Source: Eledone cirrhosa
Lineage: Eukaryota
Reading direction: 5' to 3'
DNA length: 64,000 nt
Assembly (NCBI GenBank): GCA_964016885.1
Contig: OZ024747.1
Span: 23,684,001 to 23,748,000, forward strand
In this document: piece after piece, positions 21,000 to 35,900 of the stretch
Layout of the letters: every line of letters begins with the position of its first letter
How positions within the stretch are numbered: position 1 is the first letter of the stretch
Program-made: the position numbers and the translations under genes
Notes under the pieces: generated by a model
The model's input: only the letters and a program-made list of their open reading frames with translations
What the model was told of the DNA's origin: nothing
Database searches by the model: none

Positions 21000-23900
21000 A
21001 TGGAAGAGCAATTTTCAAAGAAAAGTAAGTTAATTTTGATTTGTCCATAAAGCTTTCAACTTAACTGTAAAACGTTGGCCTTGTAAATAACAGCATATTA
21101 GACAAAAATATTAATGATTAAAGAATATGAAATGTTTCTTTTTTATTATTTATTTAACAAAGCTCAAAGTGACATTTGAGGAAAGCTCTAAATTTGTTGT
21201 CAACACTGGATTATTATGAAATGGAATTTAGCATAATTTCCATTACCATATTTCTAATAAAAGAAGACTGCCTAGGATTTACTTATAATCGAAAAACTTG
21301 AAGAGATTTAATAAAATAATATACCGTTTAGAAGGCAAATAGATTCTGTATCTGTACACGAGACTGTCAGTTTATTTTATCTATCACTTATTTCAGTGTA
21401 ACAATTTGGGCAAATGCTTCTCACATATAGAAATTTAAATTAGTACATTTGGTATACAAATATTTTTCCTCGCTCACATATTTTAAGCATGTGTTGCATA
21501 TTCAATCTCAATGGTTTATTATTTGTATTTTCTTTTGTCGTTTTTATTTATTCTAGAAAAAAAGTTGAATAAGAAGAGAAAACAACAGATTAATACAAAT
21601 GGTCAGTTGTAATAAATATTATTTAATTTTACTATTATTATAAGGCCCCCATCAGTCACGAATGACCATGGTTTTGCACTATCAAGCCTGTGCAAGAGGA
21701 AAACTTGCTAAGTGCAAATCCCATGGTCATTTGTGACCGAAGGGGGTTTATTCTATTGTAAGTTTCATTTGTCTCTTATCAGAAGACAAAGAAACAACAA
21801 AAAATATATTATAAATATTTTATCATTTTTAATCTTTTCGTTGATATATTTCTATTGGATGCCACTGCCTATGATTTGCAAAATAGTTTTGAAAACAACT
21901 GAGAATTTTGAGGTTTCAAATGATAAAACTAACTTTATCATTATTAACATGGTGTTTAGAACATAACAAAGGTTCTTGCATAAAATTATGAGAGGATTTC
22001 AAACAGTTTGGAATGAAGCGGGTTAAACATTAAAATCTAAAATTCGTTTCTTATTTTTGGCACTATCTTTAATCTGGAACATGTTTTAGAAGGAATAATT
22101 TTGTATTTTCATAGTATTATCTTCATTAAATATTTAACACTGTATGGATATTTAATTATCATTATTTATTCTTTGATGGATTGGCAGTATCGGTAGAGGG
22201 TCGGACGCCATGCTTTCCAGCATAGTTACGTCCCTTTACGATCTGAGTTCAAATCCCGCCGAGGTTGACTTTGCCTTTCATCCTTACAGGGTCGATAAAA
22301 TAAAGTACCAGTAATGCACTGGGTAATTGCTGGCCTTGTGCCTAAAGTAGAAACAATTATTTATTCTTTGATTGTTTGATTATAAGTAATAGTCTTGTCA
22401 CACACTACTGTTGTATTTATTGCTGGTATCAGTGAAGGAGCCACAGTAGTATGATGAAAAATCTTATTGCTCCCAGCGAGACAATTTAAACCCTTTTATA
22501 TATTTAATGAAAGATACTGCCTATGATTTTCAAATCATTTTGAAAATAACCAAGAACTTGAATGGATTTAGTAGGATATCTAATTTTCTCATTATTAGGC
22601 TGGTGTTTCAAGCATAATTAGACAATTGTATTTTTCTAGATATTGAAAATGGAATTCAAAAGAAAAAGAAAAAAGTTGAAACTGGAGTCCAAAAAAACGG
22701 AGTTGTAAATAAGATAATACCTCAGGTTGAAACAAATTCCAGTGAGTAGTCATTATTTTTTTTTACATATTAATAAAAAAAAAAGTAGATTATGGAAAGA
22801 AAAAATGTGTATACTAATTAAGAGGGCATTGTAGATTGTTTGAAGCATTGTTGAAAGTTTAGAAAATCACCAGTCTGTTAATCCTCCGGGTTCGAGACAA
22901 ATTTAAGAATGAAAAGCACTGGCCATTAACCTGTTAAAAATTTTCTATGACACAAATCTGAGTGCAGATAAAACTGGTTGAGAAGAAGTTTGCTTCGCAA
23001 CCACATTGTTCCTGGTTCAATTCCACTGCAGGTTATATCTCTTCTATGCTTACCAATACTTTAATTAAGCAATACATATGCTAGTCCTTCATTCAAATAA
23101 CTTTGAATTAAGGATTTGGTTCATAATTCTAAGAGCATTACTGAATATGTCAGGCTTCTGAAGAAGGCTAGAGAGTAAAACAGTTGAAACATGATTATAA
23201 CAACCAAATGAAGACACTAGTCTGAATAAATCAGTATATAATCATCATCATCGTTTAACGTCTACTATCCACGCTAGCATGGGTTAGACAGATGGTCTCA
23301 TTTGAGGTAAGTTGGGTCAGGTGACTGTTTCTGGCCAGATTTCTACAGCTGGGTGCCCTTCCTAACGCCAACCACATTTAACAGTGTGGGCTGGGTGCTT
23401 TTTGTTGCGACACACCTACACGACCACTTTTCAGCGTGGGCCGGGTGCTTTTTGTCATGGCTCCTACACGACTTCCTCACATATTAATAATTATAATAAT
23501 ACTCTGTCTTAGAAAATCAGACGTAGTGTATATATTTTCGTTTCTGAATTTTGTATTTGTCATTAAGATTTTTGCTCAGCAAAAGTTCCATTACTAAATT
23601 ATGTAATCTTTTCAGAAATAAAGAAGAAGAAGAAAAATAAAAACAAGAAAAAGCCAGGTGAGCACTATTCTGAGTAAAATGAAAACGAATTACTTTAAAT
23701 ATTTTGGTTGAAATAATTGATCAGATATGTCTTTGACTGGATAAAAGTTGAGTTTTTATGAGAGAAGTAGTTTAGGTGATTGAATTTTAATGTGGTACTT
23801 CTGTTTATCACTATACACTGCATCCAGTATACTCTGTAATGTGGCTGTCATTAGGAAAGACAGTCAACTGTAATCATAACCAAAATGGAACTTATGAGCG

Positions 23901-26900
23901 AGGTGTCACCTTGCCCTGTCTTCTAATCTTGGACCATAACAAACTGTCCTAGTTATGCCAGCATAAAAAGCATATATAAATGATGATAGTACTTATTGCT
24001 GTTTATTTTATCAACCCTCTCCTACATTGTGGAGATAAGAAGTTCTATAGTACAGGATTAGAAGTTCTACAAATGAAATGAGTCAGTGTTGTTAAATTTT
24101 ATTACTACATTCTTTCATTTTCAACTCAGTTCCTTCATTGATCAAAGATATTAGAATATGTTGAGTGCATATCAATTTGGTTTTAATCCCTGGTAATAAC
24201 CATATATTTTATTTATAATGATCATATATTTTAATGATATTCTTGGGAGGGGGGAGAAGAGATAGCATGAACATCATACAATATTAATTTCTCTTTTGAA
24301 TGGTTCTATTGGACATATGTAAGAAATCAATGTATAGATTTGTTTACTTGTGTAAAGCTTAGTGTTTAATTGGGAGGCAGTATTGGTAGAGGGTCGGACA
24401 CCATGCTTTCCAGCATAGTTACGTCCCTTTACGGTCTGAGTTCAAATCACGGGGTCAATAAAATAAAGTACCAGTAATGCACTGGGATAATTGCTGGCCT
24501 TGTGCCAAAAGAAACAATTATTTTAGAGGTTTTCAATGATTCCATTTTCAGAATGAAATATCAATCATATGGAAATTGTATCAATTTCAGATATCACTGC
24601 TTATCTTATATTAAAATAACAAGCTTCAGTGCTTCTCTATCATTCTCTTTCCTTCTCTGGTAGAAATATGCTGTGTTCAGACTTGGAAGGGAGAATGGGC
24701 TCTGTCAGATTTTAAAAATGTTCTAGAAACACTGTTTGTCACTATGGTGCCACTATAACTCCACCAAGTGTTACAGGTTCATGCATACGTAGAGAAGACC
24801 CCTCAAGTATTGAGCATAATGTTTGCTTTTTTGACATTTCCAGTTTCAAATGAACATGAATTAAGCGAGGAACATTCAAAAGTAACAGAAGCTATATCTG
24901 AAAATGATACTGATGCTGACACTGGAGAAAATTCTACATCAGATTCTAAGAAACAGCTTTACTCAAAAGGAAATATAAAAGACATTGAAGATCTTGATTC
25001 TGATGAAGAACCTGATGACCAACACAAAACAATTTGTAAGTCTTTACTCTTCACATTTCATGTTAACCCTTTTGTTACAATATTACTAATGTAAGACATT
25101 AAATTAATCCTTTTATTACCATATTTTTAAGTAATTTTGAAAATAATCCAGAATTTTGAGAGATTTTGTAATAAGTTTCCATATCAGATTGGTGTTGAAA
25201 AATAACTTAATGGTTTTTACATAAAATTATGATGCGAAGGTTTTTTGATAAATATAAGCAATACATCTTGTCCACATATGTTCTTGCATTCTACCAAGTG
25301 CATTTCATTCTACTCTTCCTACAGTACCAGGCAGTCAATTAGCCTCAGAAATCCTTTCTGATAACACTTTTGAAGCTTTAACAAAATACGTGTCTTCATC
25401 AACGATGGATGCTATTAGAAAAATGGGTTTCACACATATGACAGAAATTCAAGCTAAAAGTATTCCTTATTTACTTGAGGGAAGGTAAGTTTTTTTTTTT
25501 TTTTATACACTTGTCTTCAACAACAAAACAATGTTGTTATATTCTGTGTGTGTGAAGTGCCATGATTTATGGGAATGAGACATGGGTGACGAACATGGAG
25601 CAACAGAAAATGCTGGAAAGAAAGGTTTATGAGTGCAGTATCAATGTGAGTTAGATATGTTTTCTTCACAGTGGGGGTATAGTGGTTAAGCGGTGCCTAC
25701 TAGATGTGTGCATGGGAAGGTGTGTCTTCTGTATTACTGCTTAATGCCAAATGTATGTGTGTGTATTTGTAAAGTAAAAAAGGTGTAATTAAGGCATTTC
25801 TGATTATTTTCCTTGATTAGAGATTTGATGGGAGCCGCCAAAACAGGAAGTGGCAAAACACTAGCTTTTCTGATTCCTGTGATTGAACTCTTGTTCAAAC
25901 TAAAATTTATGCCAAGGAATGGTAAGTAGCAATTTTTTATGAATTAAATGTTTTTTTAATGGTATAACTATAGTCAGTGAATTGGTAGACCCGTTAGAAT
26001 ATCAGATAAAATGCTTTGAGGTATTTGTTCCAACTCTGTGCTCTGAGTTCAAATCCCGCAGAGGTCATCTTTGCCTTTCATCCTTTCAAGGTCAATAAAA
26101 GAAGTACCAGTCCAGTACTAGGGTCAATTCTTTTTCTTTGTCTCTTTCTCACTTTCTCTCCTTTTCTGGGAGAAGTCAGCCGTGTTCTGACCTAGAGAGG
26201 GGCTGGGCTCTGGCAGATTTAAAATGTCTAAAAGACATGTCATGACAGCACCCCGATGACTCAATCAGGTGTTAAGGGTCCATACGTACATACAGTGGTA
26301 TATCTAGTTAAGCTTGTATAACCATTGCAACTAATCCAATTTGAATTGACCCTTATTGTTTCAGGTATGTATTTTGATAAACAAAAGAGGACTACTTCAA
26401 ATGTTCTCCTCAACTTTGGATTTATGTCTGTATTGACAGATGTAGATATCAGCAACCTATACCATCACTACCCCATTGATACACACCCAGACTGAGTAGG
26501 ATAAGCTCTCTGGTGTACAGGACTTCAGATGCAAAATGCCTTGTGGTCCCTGTAGACAGATTGGAGAAAGTGTATCCTGAAGTATAATGGGATATTAGAT
26601 ATATCTATACATAGTCTATTCTTTCTTGATTTATGTCCATCTTTTGTAGGTACTGGTGCCATTATCATATCTCCAACTCGAGAACTAGCCATGCAGATCT
26701 ATGGAGTATTAAAAGAGTTGCTAGAGTATCATCATTTTACGTTTGGTTTGATAATGGGTGGCACAAAGAAAGACGATGAGGCTAAAAGATTAGTGAAAGG
26801 GATCAATTTTATTGTTGCTACTCCAGGTCGTTTACTTGATCATCTCCAGGTAACCATCTCTTTTGTTTTCATGTTTGTTATATGTACACTGTATCTGTGT

Positions 26901-29900
26901 ATTTTGTAAGAAGCAACTAAAAGGGTTGGCATTAGGAAGGGCATCCAGCTGTAAAGTGCTGCCTCTAAAGCTCTCCTCCAATTGATGTCAACATAGAAAT
27001 TATGACGGTGTTGTTTTGTTCTTAATATATCTTTTGTTACAATTTGCTGGGGTTTTATGGTTTGTCCATCTGATTTCAGAATAAGTCTATTTGTCAGTGT
27101 CTAATAATTTTACCAAACTTATTTTAACAAGTTGATAACATGAGTGCGTTGTTTAAAATGTTTATAATGTGTGAACATTTCAAGAGGTTCCACAATGCAA
27201 GTAACTGATTAAATTTCATATATAAAAAGATATTTCTGTAAAGTTATTTAAATTCCTTTGGGAATCTCAATCAGACCTATCAAGATGTCTATATGACTAT
27301 AACATAGTTTAGGGAAGTCCAAATATTGGGTGTGTAGTTAAAAGGCATAAACATGGCTGTGTAGTTAAGAAATTTGCTTTGTAACCTTGTAGTTTTCAGC
27401 AAATATCTTCTACTTTTTAGTCTTGGGCTGAGAGAAACTGTGGAAGCTTGTTAAACTACACCTATTCTTGGTGGCTTTACCTAATTTATTGTCTAGCTTA
27501 ATCCTCAGTGCCTTGCTGCTTTTAACCAAGTCTATTCTGTTGCAAACATTTGCATGATGACAACTCAATACCATGATCCACTCCAACTTGTGATTTCTGT
27601 CTACCAGCCCTAGAGTCTTTCTTACTGACTCAGCTATAAATTCACATTGTGTTTATGAAATGTTATTGAGTAGATGATGTTTGTGTTTAATGTTTTCTAT
27701 ACCACATTTTGTTACATTAATTTTCTTTTCTATTCTCACTTTTTTATTCAGAGTACGAATAATTTTATGTATAAGAATCTCCAATGCTTAATTATTGATG
27801 AAGCTGATCGTATTTTAGACATTGGTTTTGCAGAAGAAATGAAGAAGATCATTAAACTCTTGCCAAGTAATTTCATTTTAATGTTATTGAAATTTTGTAT
27901 ATTCTATAAATGTTTAGCCCCAAAATGAAGTCCATGAATCATGCATTTGATTATAAAAAGTAATACGTAATGAAAGATTGAAGATGCATAGTATGCCTTA
28001 TTTGTTGATATTATAGTAAAGTGACTTGGCAGAGTCGTTAGAACATCAGATAGAATGCTATGTGGTGTTCATTCTGGCTCTCTTCTTTCTGAGTTCAAAT
28101 CCCACTGAGGTCAACTTCATCTCTCATCCATTCAAAGTCGATAAAAAAAAGTACCAGCCTAGTACTGGGATTCTTCCTCTATATCTCTTTCCCACTCCCT
28201 CTCTCTCACCTTCTATCCTTCTCTGGTAGAAATCTGCTGTACTCAGGCCTTAAGAGGAAATGGGCTCTGCCAGGCTTAAAAATGCCCAAGAAACACTGTA
28301 TGTCAGTATGGCACCTCTCGGAGTTACGGGACTATGACATCATATATTAGTCAGGGAAACCATATGATAAAGAAAGGCTGGAAAGTTTTATGAAACTTTC
28401 AGCAAGCATTAAAAGCATCTATAATGTAAAATTGTGAGTAAGATGAAAATTAAAGATAGATAGCAATATACTGAAGTTAATAAGCAGAAAGATATTTAGA
28501 AGGATATTCAATAAATTTGTTTTTAACTAAGATTATTTACTAATTTTTTTATATTTTCGTCACTTCCAGAAAAGAGGCAAACAATGTTGTTTTCAGCCAC
28601 TCAAACAAACAAAACAGAAGATTTGGCTCGGGTTTCCCTCAGGAAAGAACCTATCTATGTAGGTGTTCATGATACCAGTGATTATGCTACAGTTGAAGGA
28701 CTAGAGCAGGTAAATATAATGGGTTTTATTTCTCAACTAAAAGAAAAAAAAAGAACAAACTATTAGAGTAAAGTTGTACTTGTCTGGCAAGTAGCTTTGT
28801 CTGAGACTGTGTTAAAACTAAAATAATTACTATGTGGAAGAGCCATTTAAAGACACAAAAAGGATGAAAGACATTAAATATCAGTAATACAATTATTAAG
28901 AATACATATGTGTGTATGTTCAATTTCAGGTCAACTCCTTTGGCAAATATATACTTATTTTGTTGATTGGGTTATAGTTGTTATGATTTAAGATTTCAGA
29001 AACTGGAATATGTATACTTGTTTCAGTTGTTTTATGAACTAATCTCATCCTTCTTTTCTATTCTTTTAGGGTTATGTTGTATGCCCAACTGATAAACGAT
29101 TTCTTATGCTGTTCACATTTCTCAAGAAAAATCGCACGAAGAAATTAATGGTATTTTTCAGTTCATGTATGTCTGTTAAGTACCACCATGACTTATTCAA
29201 TTACATTGATCTTCCTGTAATGTCAATACATGTAAGTTGTTCTTCACTTCAAATTTTATTTAATCATTCTACTAACTTGCATTCATAGAACCAAAAGCTT
29301 AGCAAAAAATATTTTTTATAAATGGTTTAATTCAAATGTCTATAGTATCTTGTGTATCTAGTTTAGAATAGGTACACCATATACCTGGATATTGTAAGAA
29401 GCAACTGAAAGAGTTGGCATCAGGTATAATATCTGACTGTAAAACATCACCTCAAAAATTTTTGTCCAACCCATGCCAGCTTCGAAATGATGACTAGTAG
29501 ACAGATCATTGTGAAAATTTGCAGAAAGTTTCATGTAGTACACGGTGTTACGTGCAGAGGACCTGCGCAGACTGGAAAGGAACGAAGCATGCATGCTCCA
29601 TTGGATGTGTAATAGTAATATACGTGAACGGCAAAGCATAAATGAACTAAGTGAGAAATTAGGAATAAGAGGGATCAGATGCTGTTTACTTGAGAGAAGA
29701 CTATGTTGGTATGGCCACGTGATGCGCATGAGAGACGACAGCTGTATAAAAAAGTGCAGGGCGATCGAAATTGATGGTAGTTACGGAGTAGGTAGACCCA
29801 GAAAAACCTGGGACAATCTGATAAATTCCGACAATGTCACTGGACCGAGATCTCTGGCGCTACGCAGTAATAATTGCCTATGTACAAAGCGAAACCTACA

Positions 29901-32900
29901 GTCAGTAGGTACCTCTTAACCAAATATACACCCCAATCCACTACTCCAACCCTATCCTCCCACTCCCACCAACACCACCCTCTCTCTGTAATGTTGGTAC
30001 CACAACATCCAGTCCAAATAAATGAGATAATGAGATCAAGATTGTGTAGGTGTCACGACAAAAAAAAAAAAAAAACACAGTCCATGCTGTAATGTTGCCT
30101 TGTAAGTAACACGGTAAAAAGTTCCCAGTTCCACACTGTAAATGTGGTTGGTGTTAGGAAGGGCATCCGGCCATAGAAAACCTGCCAGATAGTCCTATAT
30201 GAGCGAGACACGGTCACCTGACCTACATTGCCTCAAGTGGGACAACTCCCGTCTAACCCATGCTAGCGTGGAAGATGGATGTTAAACGAAGATGATGAGG
30301 ATGGTGAAGTGATTTAGGAACCCTATGTTGTAAGAATCAGATCACTGATTCGAGGATAACCAGTTGTTTCTTCCCATAAATTTCTGATGCTTTATTTACA
30401 ATAAAGATCATAAAGATTGTTAAGTCATAAAAAAAGAATATTAATCATCGTCATTATCATTTGATGTTCGCTTCCCCTGCTAGCAAGACAACAGATTGAA
30501 TTGGTACTTAAGCAAAGCTACTGACCCCCAAGATGAACCGGGGACCTACATCTTGCTTACACTCCAGCAAATGCTCAAACAGGCAGCCATCAACTCGCTC
30601 ACATATGATTTTGTGTGCTAAGTGCATTTTATTGTGGTACCAGTAATATAAATCTTGAATGATAACTTCTTGATCTACTTATTCCTAATATGGTTATGAA
30701 GGTATAGTCCTCACACATGGCTTCCTGATCTCTGAGCTATTGTCCCTATCGAGTAACATTACTTCAAAGACACTTTGAAGGAACCCCACTGTAGAAAACC
30801 AAGCCAAAAAGAGTTGATATGAGCAAGGTATGGTCACCTGACCTTTTTAACCATATAACATGACAACCTGTCTAACCCATGCAAGCATAAAAAATAGACA
30901 TTAAACAATGATAATGATGGCATTTGATTTATATTTTCTTTACAGGGAAAACAGAAACAAAACAAAAGAACTCAGACTTTCTTCCAATTTGTCAACTCAA
31001 AGGAAGCTATTTTGCTTTGTACTGATGTAGCAGCTCGAGGTTTGGACATTCCAGAAGTCGATTGGATTGTACAATATGATCCTCCTGATGATCCAAAAGT
31101 AAGTAGATTGAAATTGTTTCTCACTCTTTTTCCAATATCTTTTATATAGGCATTTATTTAGTTCTTATTTTTGTTGGGAATAGTTTTAATATTATTTTAA
31201 CATTATATGTTAATACCATTGCTGTCTGGTATTGCATCCATTGTAAAAAATTCACTCAAAACATCCCATCCAACCCATGGAAAATCAACATCATTGTTTA
31301 ACATCCATTTTCTATGTTAGCAAGGTTTGGACATGTCTTTGATCAGTCAGTATTCTCAAGCAATTACTCTGACCTCCAGGTGAACGGGGATGAAGGTGGA
31401 GATGCAAAAAGTGGATGTTGAAATACTTTAATTATTTAAAAATTATTTTTAAGTGAATGTGACCTAACAGTTCACGGGTGATCTAGTAGCTTATGATAAT
31501 CTAATAGTGTGTACATAATTGTATACAAGCTTGGTGTGCGCGAGCTTTCCTCTAATATACAATTCTGGCTCTTGGCTATTCAGCTTGTAATCCATTAATC
31601 CTTGTTTTAGGTCTTTAAACAGTAAATAATTTGAAACTTTTGTATTCCAGTTTTTGTAAACTTTTCCACAACAGTCATAGAATAAACAGTTTTAAATTAT
31701 GTAAAGATAATTATCTGATTTTATGAAAATAGTTAAGAATTTAGAGTGATTTTGTAATATAACTAACTTTTTCAAACATAACACAACAAAGGTTTTTACC
31801 TAAAATTATGAGTGGCAGATTGTTGATAAATGTAGGCACTTTAAAATAAACAGCTTAGTATTGTTGCACAGTAGACTGGTCATGCTGGGGCACTGCCAGT
31901 CAATTCTGTCAACCATTAACTGCTTAATAAGCAAGTTTAGAAAATAACTCCTGACTTATTAAAAATCAGAAATAGTGATTAAATAACTAATTAATTGAGA
32001 ATTGTTTCAAAAACAGTTTTCGTGCACCATTTGCATTTATGGACACACTTGTTAGGGAGAGCAAGTTTTTAATGCTTGGAAATTAATTTTTTTTTAAAAT
32101 TAATGATTAGATCACTAAATATATACAGAAAATTGTGTATTTTTTAATTCAGACACAAAATGGTTGAACCCTTTCTCTACTGTATTTCTCATGAAATATG
32201 CTGTATTTGAATTAATTAATGAAGAATTTGAAGGGTTTTACTAATATTATCAATTATTTCATTATTAATGGTTCTGTTTCATAGAACCAAAGGCAGTTAG
32301 GGCAGGTTGGCATCAAAAGTGTTAAAAACTTGATAATTCTCAATTATGATATATAATATCAAGGTCAGCTTTGCCTTTTATCCTTACAAGATCAATAAAA
32401 AAAAAAAAAAAAGTACCAGTTCAGTTTAGGAGTCAATTCTTCCTCTATATCTCCTTCGCATTACTTCTCAACCACTCTCTGTCTCGTTCTCTGGAAAAAA
32501 TCAGCTGTGTTCAGATCTAGACAGGGATGGGCTCCACCAGGTGTAAAATGCCCAATAAATGCTGTTACTACAGTGTTCCTATGATTGCACCAAGAGTCTA
32601 TGGTCTAGATTCCTTGTAAGTAGGTGACCCAGGATGTTATATTGCACATCAATAAACTGTTGTTTATTTCCATACCAGCTCTGATTGAGCAAACCTCTTA
32701 TAATCCATGACAATTCCATAGATTTTTTACTGTAAAATTGTAATATTTTATTGATATACAATGCTAAGTTCAATTCTTTTTGGGGGTGTGACCTAAAGAG
32801 CTGGGTCTCATTGCCCTCCAACCTTGATGTAATTCAGTAAATCATTTGTTTCAAATTTTTATGAATATGGATTTTCTGGTGAGAATCACTAATGTTTTAG

Positions 32901-35900
32901 TAAGAAAACACACCTGTTGCTCATTTCATATTAGAAAAATGCATCTTCTATTTTCTGAAATAAAATCCTTTAACCCTTTAGCATTCACATTACTCTGTTT
33001 ATTGTATTTTCACGGTAAAATCTTTATTTCACATATCAAATCTATCAGATTTTGATATTATTGATTTTGAGAACAATACCTTAACATCAGTATGAGTGGC
33101 CAGTTACAGCTGGTTTGAACTGAAACAGGTGAGAAAATTATGGCCGGATATGGGTTAAAGATCTTTTTTAATCTCTCTACAGGAATATATTCATCGTGTG
33201 GGTCGAACTGCTCGTGGAGAAGGCTCCACTGGAAAAGCCTTGTTAATTTTACAACCTAGTGAATTAGGCTTTCTAAGATACCTTAAAGCTGCCAGAGTGA
33301 CTTTGAATGAATATGAATTTACTTGGAGCAGTATTTCTGACATTCAGCCTCAGGTTTGTAATATTATTTTGTGCTTAAATTTTTCTTCATTTAGCATTTA
33401 CATTATTCTATATTTTCTATTGCATTTGTCACGGGAAAGGCTTTACCTCACATATCTCACCTACGAGATTTTGATATTATTTTTGAGAACAATATCTTAA
33501 TGTCGGTATGAGTAGCTGGTTAGAACGGAAAGAGGTGAGAGAATTCTGGCCGGATAGGGTCGGTTTAAATGCTAAAGGGTTAAATTAGGGTTGAATTCAT
33601 TTTGTCATCAAAAGAGAGATGTTATATAATAGTAAAATTAAAAAAAATATATATTTATTTATACATAGTATATATTATATTATTTACAATTTGCATGTAG
33701 GCAGGTCTCTCTGGAAATGGTGGTGATGGTGGGGGGGAGTATTGCGTGGCCATGGCCCTAAACGTTTGAAAACCTCTGAGGTAGAGCAATGGATTGGCAG
33801 TATATCGGTAGGGCGCTAGATAAAATGCTTTGTGGGTTTTACTTACAACTTTCTACATCCTGAATTAAAATCCTGCTGAGGTCAACTTTACCTTTCAGGG
33901 TTGGTAAAATAAAGTACCAGTTAAATATTGATCTCAACATATTTGACTTCTCCTTTTCCCCTAATTGCTAGCTTTGTGCCAATTTTAGAAAGTATTGTAA
34001 AAATAGATACTGGAAATAAAGTTAGCTATTGTTATATAGTTCCCTGAGTTCATTCAAGTGGCAGGCATTCCTACAGATGGTCAGTTATGTGGATTTGATG
34101 GTAAAGACACCCTTTGGTCACGAGTGATCATGGGATTTGCACCTAGAAAGTTGCCCTCCAAGACACAAGTCCGGGCAAGGTTGTTTGTGGAAGACCAGCA
34201 GTCACCCGTGTACACCAGTCTCCCCTCACCGATGTTCATCATCATCATCATCATGTTACATCCGCTTTTCCCTGCTTGCAAGGGTGGGACAGGTCTTATT
34301 CAGCACAGTATCTTTCCACTTGTCACTCTTTCGTCATCTCCACCGTGAGCTTCAGCAATCTGAGGTCTGCTCTCACCACCTCCGCCCATGTTTTTCGTGG
34401 TCTACCTCTACCGCGTCTTCCTCCAACTGGCATTTCCTGGCACTTCTCCACCCATCGGTCATCCTCCATGCACAACAGATGTCCATACCACCGCAGTCTC
34501 CTCTCTCTCACACTACATTCTATCCCTCTCAGACATAGTTTCTCTCTCAACACATCCATGCTGGGTCGTTCACGCACATTGACATTGCACATCCAAAGGA
34601 GCATGCTTGACTCATTTCTCTCCAGCCGTCGCATATCCTCTGCAGTTGCTGCCCAAGTCTCACTACCATGCAGCATCGCGCTCCTCACACAGACATCATA
34701 CAACTGGCCTTTCGTACACAGGGAGAAACCCTTCTTCGTCAGCAGAGGAAGCAGCTCCCTAAACTTCTTGCAACCCATCCTTATTCTAGATACTATGGCC
34801 TCGGAACACCCCCTCCCATGCTAATCTGATCTCCTAGGTAACGGAAGCTATCAACCACTTCTATAGCACCCGCCTGCATTTGAAAAATGTGTCTATCAAT
34901 GCGACTTCTACTGCATACGTATTTCTCCCTACCTGTTAGTTTGCCTGCTATCCCACTACATCTCTTGTGTACCCAAGATCTGCATTGTGTGCATTTTATA
35001 GAATTTATGCCAGTTCCTTTTCTGCATATCGAACATAGCCATTTCCCCGATGGAATCAGGGTATTGTCCTCTTTTCTACTCATCAACACTTTTGTCTTAG
35101 CTAGGTTCACTCTCAGTCCTCTTGATTCCAACTGCTGTTTCCATAGCCAGAATTTCTTTTCTATCTCCTCTACTGATTCTACTATAAGAACCAGATCGTC
35201 AGAAGTTCCCATGGACAGCCAGTCTTAAACTCTTCTGTTATGGCTTGGAGGACTATAATGAACAAGAGTGGGCTGAGGACCGAACCTTGATGTACTCCTA
35301 CTTGTATCTAGAATTCCTCACTAAACTCCATTCCTACCCTGACTTTACTGACAGCACCTCTGTACAAAGTTTTCACTGTCCTCACAAGCCATTCCTCAAC
35401 ACCTAGTTTCCTTAGGGACCACCAGATGACAGATCGGGGTACCCTATCAAAGGCCTTCTCTAGGTCAACAAAAGCTAAGTATAGTGGCTTATTCTTCTCT
35501 AAGAACCTCTCTTGTAATTGTCTCACCAAGGGAAATACAGTATGGTACCAGTGACATCCCAACTCTTCTACAGCTGAATAAACTGGAGCAGCATGAAATA
35601 AAGTGTCTTGCTCAACAACACAACACACAGCCCGGTCCAAGAATCGAACTCACAACCTCATAGTTGTAAGCCTGATGCTCTAACCACTAAGCCATGACTC
35701 TATGTTGATATAGCAAGTGTTCTTATCCTATGGGAGCCATCAGGTGGATACACAAACAAGAGTAGAAAGAAAAAAAAATACATTGATAATCAGTTGGTGG
35801 GTAATGAGGGAGAGCTCAGAGCGTTAATGATGGATAGAGAGCTTTGGAGGTCATGTGTAAAGATTGAGGAATGACCTGGCAGTTGGTGCAGACAGATAGA

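Noticed and set aside
24990-25020. CTGATGA motifs as hammerhead cores or C/D boxes
   Set aside because: They encode DSDEEPDD in DDX18 exon 5; no flanking stems or downstream GAAA geometry.
30290-30392. Intronic C/D snoRNA candidate in DDX18 (ATGATGA...CTGA)
   Set aside because: The apparent C box is the GATGAT tail of the RTE 3'UTR; no terminal stem or recognisable rRNA guide.
34058-34824. Plus-strand ORFs 34058-34824, 34887-35228, 40953-41465
   Set aside because: Antisense or alternative frames of RTE LINE and SINE sequence.
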